Below, piece by piece: positions 1 through 8,187 of a DNA stretch of 58,162 bases. The notes under the pieces are model-generated. The model ran no database searches. It worked only from the letters and a program-made list of their open reading frames with translations, and was not told the DNA's origin. Where the stretch lies: positions 1 through 58,162 of the IMG/VR virus record IMGVR_UViG_3300015076_000001; one strand, 5' to 3'. How positions within the stretch are numbered: position 1 is the stretch's first letter; the number at the start of each line of letters is the position of its first letter. The DNA is from a virus (Duplodnaviria > Caudoviricetes). The position numbers were made by a program, and so were the translations under genes.

Positions 1-2224
1 TCGTGATCAGTGAGCCCACCGCGGCGATGGCACCCCACACGGCCTGGGTGAACCCGGCGACCTTGCTGGCAACCCACACCGTGGCCATGGTCAGGAGCAG
101 GTCTTTGACGACGGTGGCGTGATCGGCGAGGAACCCGGTGACGTCCTTCAGTGTGCCGAGGAAGCCCTTGCCCTGGTCGCCCGATCCTTCGAACATGGTG
201 GCGAACATGCGGCCGATGTTGCCGCCGATGTCCATGATGTCGTGCAGGGCCTGCAAGCCGTCCTTGAGGAACCCGCGGATCTTGTCCGGGTTCTGCGTCA
301 CCCAGTCTTTGAAGTCCCGGGCGATGTCCGACAACCATGTTCCGATCTGGGGCAGGTAGTCCGACCCGATCGAAGAGATCCCGAGGAAGCCGGTGAGGAA
401 GTCGCCCACCGCCGTCTTCGCGTTGTCGAAAAACTTTGACGTGTTCTCGAGGACGTTGGCGACAGCGGCCACGTTTTCCGGCTTCATCAGCGCGTCCGCG
501 GCGTACTTGGCCATGCCGTTCATTGACGTGGCGATGTCACCCAGTCCGGTCTGTAGGACGGGGAAGTAGGTTTGGGCGAGGGCTTTGACGTCGTCGGCGA
601 GACCCCGGAACAGGTTGTCCTGGATGACGGAGGCAACGTCGTTCCACGCCGGACGCAAGGCGAGGACGGTCTGTACGAACTTCTGCGCCTCGGGCGACAG
701 CAGCGCGAGGTCCTGTCGGTACTTGTTCACCCCAGCACTCGCCGCACCCGCTGCGGCGGCCTGCTGGGCGAGGGTGTCCGACAGGTTCTGCACTGCCTCG
801 TCGGCCTTGTGTTGGGCGTCCACTACGTTCTGCTGTGCGTCCACCAGCCGTAGCTGCGCGTCTGCGACCCCTTGGTTGGCGTCGATCACGCCCTGCTGGG
901 CGTCGGCCACGCCCTGCTGTGCCTGCTGCATGGCGTAAGCAGACGAGGCGACGGCCTCTTGGCTGGAGTGCAGGGCGTCGTTGGCGGACACCACTTGGTC
1001 GGCGTGGTCGATCCCCTTGGCCTGCGCCTCGGTGTTGTCCTGCTGCGCCCTGGTCGCCGTGGTGGCGGCGTCGGTGACGCCGTCCTGAGCCACCTGCACC
1101 TGATACTGGGCATCCCGCAGATCCAAGGTGGTGGACTTGACGTTGCGCTGCACGTCGATCAAGTTCTGCTGCGCCCGCGCGAGGGCGATGTCCGCGCCGA
1201 TCTGACCTAGGGCAGCGTCCTTGACGGCCTCGATGGAGTCCTGGAGTTGACGTGCCGCGGCGGCACGGGCCTGCTGCACCGCCTGCTGTGCTTCAGCTTC
1301 GGCGTGCAGGCTGTCCTGGTAGGACTGGCTCGCTACGACAACCTGATGCTTCGCGTCGACCACGGCGCGCTCGGCGGTGGCGACCGCGCGTTCGGCTGTG
1401 GCGACGCCGCGGTTGGCCGCTTCGACCTGCTGATTCGCCTTGACCAACGCCTGGTTGCTGCTGACGATTTGATCTTGCGCGGAGCGGATGGCCTTGGCGT
1501 TCGCGATCCGTGTTGCTGCTCCGCCCCCCCCACCACCACCGCCACCGCCGGAGGGGTGGTCCTGCTGGGCGACACCCGCACCGATGGCGTCCATGACCCC
1601 ACCGGTACCGATGGAGAACGCAGCAGCGGCAGCCGCAGCCATGGAGAACGCGCCCGGCAACAGCAGGGCGACGTTGGCCAGGTTGGTCATCGCCCCGACC
1701 GCGCCGGACACGGCGCCGGGGATGCCTGCGAAGGTGGCGAGCAGACCCCCGACAGAGCCGACGGTGGAGGACAGCGCGTCTCCCACGCCGGACACGGCAG
1801 CGCCGATACCCGACCCCGATAGTGCCGCCCCGATACCGGACAGGCCCCCCGTCAATCCTTGAGAGAAGCCTTGACCGGCGCCCTCGCCCTCCCTGACGAA
1901 CCGGCCGCGAACATCGCGGAGACGCCCGTCGACATCCCGGGTGAAACCGCTCAGCCCAGAGCGGCCGGAGACGCCGAGGCCTTGCGAGTACGACTGCCCA
2001 GCGGCTGTGCCTTCGGCGACGAACCGGCCACGTGAGTCGCGGAGACGATCGCCGACCTGCTGGCCGAGGCCACCGGTTCCGGACATGCCGGTGCTGAGGC
2101 CTTGCGTGAACGACCGCCCGGCCGCTTCGCCTTCGCGTCCCGCAGCTGTCCGGGCGCTGCGGAGACCGTCAGCGGACTGATCGACGACTTTGATGCGGAT
2201 GACGACGTCGTTCTCACCGGCCAT
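1..2224 (-). CDS. Tail tape measure protein (5' part; runs off left edge)
   Basis: ATG at 2224 (MAGENDVVIRIKVVDQSADGLR); two RLRDxRGRFV motifs; long Ala/Gln-rich helical repeats; directly after the tail chaperone genes; not in the ORF track, consistent with no stop inside the window. Confidence 0.9.
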   Translation of the reverse strand, partial: MAGENDVVIRIKVVDQSADGLRSARTAAGREGEAAGRSFTQGLSTGMSGTGGLGQQVGDRLRDSRGRFVAEGTAAGQSYSQGLGVSGRSGLSGFTRDVDGRLRDVRGRFVREGEGAGQGFSQGLTGGLSGIGAALSGSGIGAAVSGVGDALSSTVGSVGGLLATFAGIPGAVSGAVGAMTNLANVALLLPGAFSMAAAAAAAFSIGTGGVMDAIGAGVAQQDHPSGGGGGGGGGGAATRIANAKAIRSAQDQIVSSNQALVKANQQVEAANRGVATAERAVATAERAVVDAKHQVVVASQSYQDSLHAEAEAQQAVQQARAAAARQLQDSIEAVKDAALGQIGADIALARAQQNLIDVQRNVKSTTLDLRDAQYQVQVAQDGVTDAATTATRAQQDNTEAQAKGIDHADQVVSANDALHSSQEAVASSAYAMQQAQQGVADAQQGVIDANQGVADAQLRLVDAQQNVVDAQHKADEAVQNLSDTLAQQAAAAGAASAGVNKYRQDLALLSPEAQKFVQTVLALRPAWNDVASVIQDNLFRGLADDVKALAQTYFPVLQTGLGDIATSMNGMAKYAADALMKPENVAAVANVLENTSKFFDNAKTAVGDFLTGFLGISSIGSDYLPQIGTWLSDIARDFKDWVTQNPDKIRGFLKDGLQALHDIMDIGGNIGRMFATMFEGSGDQGKGFLGTLKDVTGFLADHATVVKDLLLTMATVWVASKVAGFTQAVWGAIAAVGSLIT

Positions 2225-2438
2225 CGTCGTCCGCCTCCTTCCCCCACTTTTCGATCTGGATCATGCGGAGAAGGGAGGCGTCCTCAGCTAACAACGCCGA
2301 CGGCAAACACGAGAACCGTTCGCAGGTGGAGAGGACGAACTCGGCGTCGGTCAGCTCGCCAGGCTTGGTGACAACGGCTCCATAGGCATCGACCCCGCCA
2401 GGGACGGCGAGCCAGCGGTCGATGCGACCTGCAAAGGG
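2214..2438 (-). CDS. Tail assembly chaperone C-terminal extension (gpT-like), via -1 frameshift
   Basis: Open -1 frame (PFAGRIDRW...KPGELTDAEFVLSTCERFSCLPSALLAED) entered at heptamer C CCT TTG; ends at the tape measure start. Confidence 0.7.
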   Translation of the reverse strand, partial: PFAGRIDRWLAVPGGVDAYGAVVTKPGELTDAEFVLSTCERFSCLPSALLAEDASLLRMIQIEKWGKEADDDGR

Positions 2439-2773
2439 GCAGGCACCGCAGCAACCGCGCGCTGCCACGCCCCCACGATCAACATGACGTGCGCGGGGTC
2501 CAACGTGAGCATGCCTGCGGAGGTGGCGGGGACACGCTCACCGGCCTCGTCGTCGAGGTCCCATTCGATGAGTACTTCGTCGAACAGGTCCAACATCTCG
2601 GTGATGGCGGCCATCTCGTCGGACGCGGTCTCGGCCTGGCCTGCCCTGTCGGCGAGTTGTCCGAGGCTGAGGAACCGGCCGAGGCTGGCACCGCGGGCTT
2701 TGACGGTGAGGCCGTCGAGTTCGGTGCCTTCGAAGTCGAGCTCGTAGATCCTGCGCGGAGGCGAATACCCCAT
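2351..2773 (-). CDS. Tail assembly chaperone (gpG-like)
   Basis: 140 aa between tail tube and tape measure genes; acidic, WDLDD motif; slippery site near the 3' end. Confidence 0.8.
   Translation of the reverse strand: MGYSPPRRIYELDFEGTELDGLTVKARGASLGRFLSLGQLADRAGQAETASDEMAAITEMLDLFDEVLIEWDLDDEAGERVPATSAGMLTLDPAHVMLIVGAWQRAVAAVPAPLQVASTAGSPSLAGSMPMEPLSPSLAS
2432..2438 (-). promoter_or_regulatory. -1 ribosomal frameshift slippery site (C CCU UUG)
   Basis: XXXYYYZ heptamer in the correct phase; the -1 frame is the 2214-ending ORF. Confidence 0.7.
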
Positions 2774-2807
2774 CGTGATACGTCCTTCGGCCTAGTTGAT
2801 TAGACCG

Positions 2808-3215
2808 TCAGGCCCACGTCGGGACTGTGCCATCTGCCAACACCGCAGGAATGGAGTAAGTGAGCTCGCCGCTGCTCGAACGCTTCAACGGGTAGTCCGT
2901 CAGCAGCACCTCGTTGTTCAGGCTCACCCCGTTGACCGTGAGGCTCAGGGTGCGCAGCACCGACGTCGACGGGATCGTCTTGAAGACGTCGTGGCCCGCG
3001 TTGGTCGTCGGGTTGAACACCCCATTCAGCGTCGCGCTGAAGTCGGCGAGGTTCAGGATGCGCTCCATCGCCGACTTGTCCACACCCGTCACGTCCTGAA
3101 CGGCGCGAGGCGTGGCGAAGTCGAGATCGGTGATGTCGTTCTTGATTGCTCGGGGGGTGCCGCCAGCATCGTCGACCGAAAGTGCCGACCAGCCCAAACC
3201 GTTGGATTTCGCGAT
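2808..3215 (-). CDS. Tail tube (major tail) protein, probable ATC start
   Basis: TAAGGAG SD 10 nt before ATC GCG AAA TCC AAC GGT TTG GGC TGG (xAKSNGLGW); DVTGVDKSAMERI and DYPLKRSSSGELT motifs; precedes the chaperone. Confidence 0.75.
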   Translation of the reverse strand: MAKSNGLGWSALSVDDAGGTPRAIKNDITDLDFATPRAVQDVTGVDKSAMERILNLADFSATLNGVFNPTTNAGHDVFKTIPSTSVLRTLSLTVNGVSLNNEVLLTDYPLKRSSSGELTYSIPAVLADGTVPTWA

Positions 3216-3320
3216 GTCTGCTGCGCTCCTTAATCAGGCCTCTGACGTGGCCGTTTGCCGATGTCCAGCCGAAGCCGGTTGAGCGCAACAGCGCTCAGAG
3301 GGGTGGTGCGAGGGCGGGCT

Positions 3321-3725
3321 TTAGCCCTGTGCCCGCTGCTGGGCGGCGAGACGGTCTTGGTTGTCTTGGAACTGGTCCAGCCACGGATCCGGGCCGCTGT
3401 GCTTCTGCCACGGCACACCCGCCGCCTCACCCTTGCGATGCCCGCGCACGACGTAGAGCACCGTCTTCTCGGTCCAGTGCTCGGCGAAGCACTGCTGCCC
3501 CGGGGGGAACGTGAACTCCACGAACTCGCCGTCCACCTTCTCCGTGTAGTGCCGACCGCAGGACGCGACCAGCGCGAGGCGGGCGGTGTCGGTGACGGCG
3601 AGGCGGGTGCGCCAGCCGTGGATGTGCTGCGGGCACTCCACCTCTTCACACCTCGCCAGGCGGGTGCGGGGCATCTGGCGTTGGCGGAGCCCGAACGTCT
3701 GCATCTGCGGCGGTGGCGTACCCAT
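3321..3725 (-). CDS. Tail-region hypothetical protein (Cys/His)
   Basis: ATG 3725 overlaps the upstream stop; CEEVEC...GW...FTFPPGQQCF. Confidence 0.65.
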   Translation of the reverse strand: MGTPPPQMQTFGLRQRQMPRTRLARCEEVECPQHIHGWRTRLAVTDTARLALVASCGRHYTEKVDGEFVEFTFPPGQQCFAEHWTEKTVLYVVRGHRKGEAAGVPWQKHSGPDPWLDQFQDNQDRLAAQQRAQG

Positions 3726-4528
3726 CAGAACGCGGGAGCCACGTAGTCGTTGACGACCACAACCACGGCGAACACGCAACTCGTGAACGTGCCGCTTGTG
3801 ACGACGCGCAGGTAGCGCCGCACCGTCTGCGTGGCGGTGGTCGCGATCCGCTGCGCGGTCGGCCCGGTGGCTGCCGTGAAGGCTGCCCCGGTGAGGTCGG
3901 CGAACGTGGAGTTGTCCGCCGAGTCCTGCAATTTCACCGTGCACGACGTGCCGGTCAGAGAGAACACCTCGAGGTACGCCTGCGCCCCGAACGCGGTAGA
4001 CGCCAGAGTCGACCCTCGGTCGATGCTGGCACCGTTGGTGGCAGTGGTGTCGGTGCGCTTCCCGGGGGTGGCCTGCACCCCCCACTCCAACCCGAAGCCG
4101 TTCGCGACCGTGGAGATGTTGAACGTCATCTCGCCGCTGCTGGACCGCTTGCCCGGGTAGTCCAACTGCTTACCCACCATCACCGCGGCGGGTGAGCCGA
4201 GGCCCTGCCCGCGCAGATAGGTGATGATCAGGTCGGTGGCGGGCAAGGGGGCGAAGCGGAGGTGGGCGGCGTTCGCGGCCGGGCCCGGGTTGAAGAACGC
4301 GTCGAAGTCGATGCCGCCGTCACGCATCCCACCGATGCGCTCATGGGCGGACTTGTCGATACCGGTGACGTCGATGGTGGCGACCGACCCGGAGATCTTC
4401 GACAGGGCGCCGATGTCACCGGACACGTCGTAGCCGTGGACGAAAAGTGCGTCGCCGAGGCCCGATTGCTTCACAGGAACCGCCGGTCCGTCGCCCGGGT
4501 ATCCACCCGGATAGTCACCTGGCCACAC
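3725..4528 (-). CDS. Second tail-tube-like protein with N-terminal YPG peptide and C-terminal beta-rich domain
   Basis: AGGAGG SD + GTG; shares DVTGxDKSAxERI, FNP and DYPxKRSSSGExT with 2808-3215. Confidence 0.7.
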   Translation of the reverse strand: MWPGDYPGGYPGDGPAVPVKQSGLGDALFVHGYDVSGDIGALSKISGSVATIDVTGIDKSAHERIGGMRDGGIDFDAFFNPGPAANAAHLRFAPLPATDLIITYLRGQGLGSPAAVMVGKQLDYPGKRSSSGEMTFNISTVANGFGLEWGVQATPGKRTDTTATNGASIDRGSTLASTAFGAQAYLEVFSLTGTSCTVKLQDSADNSTFADLTGAAFTAATGPTAQRIATTATQTVRRYLRVVTSGTFTSCVFAVVVVVNDYVAPAF

Positions 4529-4643
4529 ACGGAGCCTCCTGATTGAAGATGGGACCGAGCCGCTATGCGGGTCCAGCGGCGCAAGAGTTGGGCCCTCTGA
4601 GGACCGTCAGATTCTGGATACAGCAACGCAGGATGGCGGCTGC

Positions 4644-6404
4644 TCAGAACGTCGAGAGAGCTGCGCGCTTCCACCCGGCCGAGGTCTTCGCGTAGACGTA
4701 GGAGTCGTCGGAGGCGATGTCCCCCACCGCGCCTTGGGAGTCCGCGGTGCTGCTGGGGGTGCGTGGGGCAACGGTGAGCCGTCCGGTGATCTTGACGAGG
4801 TGGTTGGCGGTGCCGAGCGCGACCACGTTGGCCGACGCCGCCGAGGCAGAGCCGCCCGAACTGTCCCGGCCGATGGCAACAGCGCCGTCCGCGGACGCGG
4901 TCGCGGACATACCGAGCGCAGTGGCGCCGTTTCCGCTGGCAGTGGCGCCGTTTCCGAGCGCGGTGGAGGAGTCGCCGATGACGGCGTTGTGGCCGATCGC
5001 GGTACCCGAGTTTTGATCACCGGAAGCGTTGCCGGACTGGTAGCCGATGAAGACATTGCCGCCGCCCGTGATCGACTTGGCGGAGCTGGACCCGTTGGGG
5101 TTGGTGCCCGCGTTGTAGCCGATGATCGTATTGCGGGATCCTGTGGTGACGTACTGGCCAGCGAACGCGCCGACGGCGGTGTTGGTGGATCCCGTGGTGG
5201 CCGAGGCGAGTGCGTTCGATCCGACAGCGGTTCCGGAGCCTTGGGTGGTGACTGCGGCCAAGGCGTTGTACCCGACGGCGGTGAGGTCGGTCGCTGAGGG
5301 GTTGGACGACAGGGCCCGCGAGCCTACCGCGGTGATCGTCTCCGACCGGCCTGCGGTGCCGATGATGTAGTGCCCGAACAACTGCGAGCTGTAGCCGAAA
5401 CGGACCGGGTTGGATGTCGATTCCAGGTCGGGTGCGATCACGATGATCCGCTGCGGCACCCCGACGCCGGACAGGTCATCCCACATGTACTGGGTGCCCG
5501 CGGTCGCGGCTGCCCCACCGAATTCTGCCTGCGGCCTGATGTAGGTGATCAGGTTGAGAACGCCACCGTTGCCCCCGGACGTGGCCGCGACGTGCAGGAA
5601 CCCGGCTGCGGAGCCAGAGTTGTTGACCGCGAAGTAGGGGTTGATGTGGACGTGGTTGCCACAGTTGATGGTGTTGTGGCTGCCGACGGTTTTGATCCCT
5701 CCGCCGCCGTAGCCGCGCAGGTTTCGGGTGGTCCCGTACAGACCGTTGGTGATGACGAAGGCGTAGTGGTTGCCGTCGTGCCCGGCGACGTGAATGTCGT
5801 CCCAGGTGAAGCTCATGGGGCCGAGGTCGGGGGCGCTGTTGTACGTGGCGGTCGTGGTGGCGTTGACGCCGTGGCCGGTGTTCCCGGCGATGCCCGTCGC
5901 GAACCGCAAGCCCAGCCGGTAGAGGTTGACCGCCACCCCGGACCCGGTGATCTTGAGGATGTCAGTGGCGGCAGTCCCCTGCTCGATGACTGTTCCGGCC
6001 AGGAACGTCCCCGACGGGGTCGATGAGTCACCGCTGGCCGAGATGCCCCTGAACGTGTCGATGACCGACGTGCCCATGATCGTCATATGCTTGTTTACGG
6101 TGAGCACCGCGTTGGTGGCGTACGCGGTCGTTGAGGAAGGAATGTGCAGCACGCCCGCAGTGGGGGTGGCGTCGATCGCAGCCTGCAATGCGGCGGTGTC
6201 GGTGGCCGCGACACCGGTCGGGTAGGGCGCGACCACGTCCGCGGCGGAGCCACGCTCCAACGTCTTCACCCTGCCACCAGCGGCGGCTACATCAACCAGT
6301 GCGGCCTCAGCACCGTTGAGCCACTCCGCGGTGACCTTCGTGGCCGTGGACGGCAGGTTCTGGAAGGGCAGGGTCTGCGCGCCGGGAGCGACGTAGTCAG
6401 TCAC
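4644..6404 (-). CDS. Tail fibre/spike: anchor domain, pectate-lyase-like beta-helix, YadA-head-like repeats
   Basis: DTAALQAAID...GVLHIP helix cap; many (S/N)TAVGxxA repeats; C-terminal GAVGDIASDDSYVYAKTSAGWKRAAL. Confidence 0.75.
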   Translation of the reverse strand: MTDYVAPGAQTLPFQNLPSTATKVTAEWLNGAEAALVDVAAAGGRVKTLERGSAADVVAPYPTGVAATDTAALQAAIDATPTAGVLHIPSSTTAYATNAVLTVNKHMTIMGTSVIDTFRGISASGDSSTPSGTFLAGTVIEQGTAATDILKITGSGVAVNLYRLGLRFATGIAGNTGHGVNATTTATYNSAPDLGPMSFTWDDIHVAGHDGNHYAFVITNGLYGTTRNLRGYGGGGIKTVGSHNTINCGNHVHINPYFAVNNSGSAAGFLHVAATSGGNGGVLNLITYIRPQAEFGGAAATAGTQYMWDDLSGVGVPQRIIVIAPDLESTSNPVRFGYSSQLFGHYIIGTAGRSETITAVGSRALSSNPSATDLTAVGYNALAAVTTQGSGTAVGSNALASATTGSTNTAVGAFAGQYVTTGSRNTIIGYNAGTNPNGSSSAKSITGGGNVFIGYQSGNASGDQNSGTAIGHNAVIGDSSTALGNGATASGNGATALGMSATASADGAVAIGRDSSGGSASAASANVVALGTANHLVKITGRLTVAPRTPSSTADSQGAVGDIASDDSYVYAKTSAGWKRAALSTF

Positions 6405-6441
6405 AGGTATGCCCCCACTTTGTCAAAGTTCCAGTTGGACA

Positions 6442-6879
6442 TCAGGACTCCCGTTTGGGGACGACGACGGTGGTGCAGCGCAGCGATGCGTAGGCGGCGT
6501 TGATGCCCTGCGGACTCAGGAACGCGGCGTCGTACTTCTCCCGGGGCGACCCCTTGTAGGAGCCGTCAGGGTTGAGCGGCCGGGTGCTGGGGTCGTAGGA
6601 GCCGACGAACAGCGCATACACCGGACACAGAGCGTTGTTGATCACCGCGTCGAGGCGGGCCGCGGTCTGGAATTCGGCGTAGGTGGACCACCCGAGCAGA
6701 GCCACCACGACGAGCAGGATCACGGCGGCGAACATGGTGCGGAAGCTGGCGCGTTCGGCGCGGCAGGTGCGTTCGGTGAGCTGTTCAACCGCCAACTTGA
6801 GGCCGGCCACTTCCTCTTTGAGCTCGGCTGCGGCGGCGGCCAACTCGTCACGGCGGGCGGCGGCGTCATCATTGGGCAC
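6442..6879 (-). CDS. Coiled-coil + single-TM membrane protein (lysis-associated candidate)
   Basis: N-terminal coiled coil, TM MFAAVILLVVVALLGW, Cys pair in the C-terminal domain. Confidence 0.6.
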   Translation of the reverse strand: MPNDDAAARRDELAAAAAELKEEVAGLKLAVEQLTERTCRAERASFRTMFAAVILLVVVALLGWSTYAEFQTAARLDAVINNALCPVYALFVGSYDPSTRPLNPDGSYKGSPREKYDAAFLSPQGINAAYASLRCTTVVVPKRES

Positions 6880-7054
6880 TGGGTGTGTCCTCGTCTCGTG
6901 CGTGCTGCTGCCAGTACGTGACCTCGGTGAGGAGGTCCGCGGTGTACTGCTCGGCCCGATCCACGGCGGCGAGTAGCCGCGCCCGTAGTTCTGCGTGCTC
7001 TTTCGCGAGTGCAGCCGCTTCTTGACTGCGTCGTTCCCGCTCCGCCCGCCTCAT
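6869..7054 (-). CDS. Small coiled-coil protein
   Basis: 61 aa, overlaps both neighbours. Confidence 0.55.
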   Translation of the reverse strand: MRRAERERRSQEAAALAKEHAELRARLLAAVDRAEQYTADLLTEVTYWQQHARDEDTPSAQ

Positions 7055-7341
7055 CGGCGGTCCCTTCGCTCATCACGCATGGCTTCGATGGCGACGGTGA
7101 GGACGTTCTGCATGTTGGCCAGGGCGGGCATGACCTTGTCCACGAGATCGGTGTGGGATTGCCGTTCGCGTTCCTCAGCGCGTTCGCGGGCGTCCCGGTC
7201 GGCTTTCGCGTTGGCCGTGATCTGGCGGTACATGACCGCGACAGCGATGAGGGCGAGGACGGCGACACCGCCGACGGCTCCGACTTGGAGGATGGAGCTG
7301 GTGGCGGCCGTGGTGTCTACGGCGGCTTGCGCGAGGATCAC
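7051..7341 (-). CDS. Holin-like membrane protein
   Basis: TM segment GAVGGVAVLALIAVAVMY followed by a charged coiled coil. Confidence 0.55.
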   Translation of the reverse strand: MILAQAAVDTTAATSSILQVGAVGGVAVLALIAVAVMYRQITANAKADRDARERAEERERQSHTDLVDKVMPALANMQNVLTVAIEAMRDERRDRR

Positions 7342-7796
7342 GGCGCCTGCGGGAAACAGTCGTCGATCACCACGGGCAGGGTGATCGTCATGACCCGGTA
7401 GGCGATCTGGTCCTGCGTCAGATACCCCGCCTGCGCCCCCAGCGGTGAGCCGTAAGCACCGAGCAGGTCAACCTCTTCCACCAGGCCCCCCAGGGTGAAG
7501 TCACCGGAGTAGGCGGTGAGGAGGGCGTCAACGGCGGACAGCAGGGTGGGGTCGATCTCGTCCTGGGGTTCGTGCAGCATCGGCATCGACACCCGCACCG
7601 ACAACTCGATCCGGGCGGAGGTGACGGCGAGGCCGGAGCGCCCGGAAATCGGGGCGACCGCCTGTAGCCACACCGCCGCCGACAAGCCCTTACCGGGCGC
7701 GTTCTTGGGTTCGTGGCCGTTGGCCCTGTCGAACCAGCCCGACGCCGAGACGTGGGACAGGACGGCATCCGTGATCGGGGCCAGGTTCAGGGGCAT
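7338..7796 (-). CDS. Tail terminator-like protein
   Basis: 152 aa; HEPKNAPG, YSGDFTLGG; position in the neck module. Confidence 0.7.
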   Translation of the reverse strand: MPLNLAPITDAVLSHVSASGWFDRANGHEPKNAPGKGLSAAVWLQAVAPISGRSGLAVTSARIELSVRVSMPMLHEPQDEIDPTLLSAVDALLTAYSGDFTLGGLVEEVDLLGAYGSPLGAQAGYLTQDQIAYRVMTITLPVVIDDCFPQAP

Positions 7797-7797
7797 G

Positions 7798-8187
7798 TCA
7801 GCCGCCCATCCGGTTGACGCAGCGGTCTACCGAGTAGCGGACGAGCGCGGGCACCTTCGCGGCCAAGGCTTGGATGGCGCGACGGCGGGAGGCGTAGCCC
7901 TTGAATCTGGTGGTTTGATTGCGCCTGGAAGTACCTTCCAGCCACGGACCATATATTATGCCGCGGTCGTTTACGATTGCTGAGTCATCGCCAATACGAC
8001 TTACGGTGATCTGCGTTTCATAGTACGGTGTCGGATGGCGGATAGAAGCATTGAGCCGCTGCATCCATTCGCTGTAGCCCTGTGCGGCGAGGTCGCTGAT
8101 GATGTCCCGCTTGAGTTCGCGGATCGCCTGATCGGCTCTGCCGTCGAACACGGGCCCACTGAAGTCGACGTTGATGTCGGCCATCAC
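7798..8187 (-). CDS. Neck / tail completion protein (HK97 gp10-like)
   Basis: YGPWLEGT motif; position. Confidence 0.65.
   Translation of the reverse strand: MMADINVDFSGPVFDGRADQAIRELKRDIISDLAAQGYSEWMQRLNASIRHPTPYYETQITVSRIGDDSAIVNDRGIIYGPWLEGTSRRNQTTRFKGYASRRRAIQALAAKVPALVRYSVDRCVNRMGG

Noticed and set aside
3250-3288. STGFGWTS peptide resembling a duplicated tail-tube N-terminus
   Set aside because: Different frame, no SD, and the sequence is explained by the UUCG hairpin; probably chance
3239-3301. Self-cleaving ribozyme (hammerhead)
   Set aside because: No CUGAnGA/GAAA core in the right arrangement
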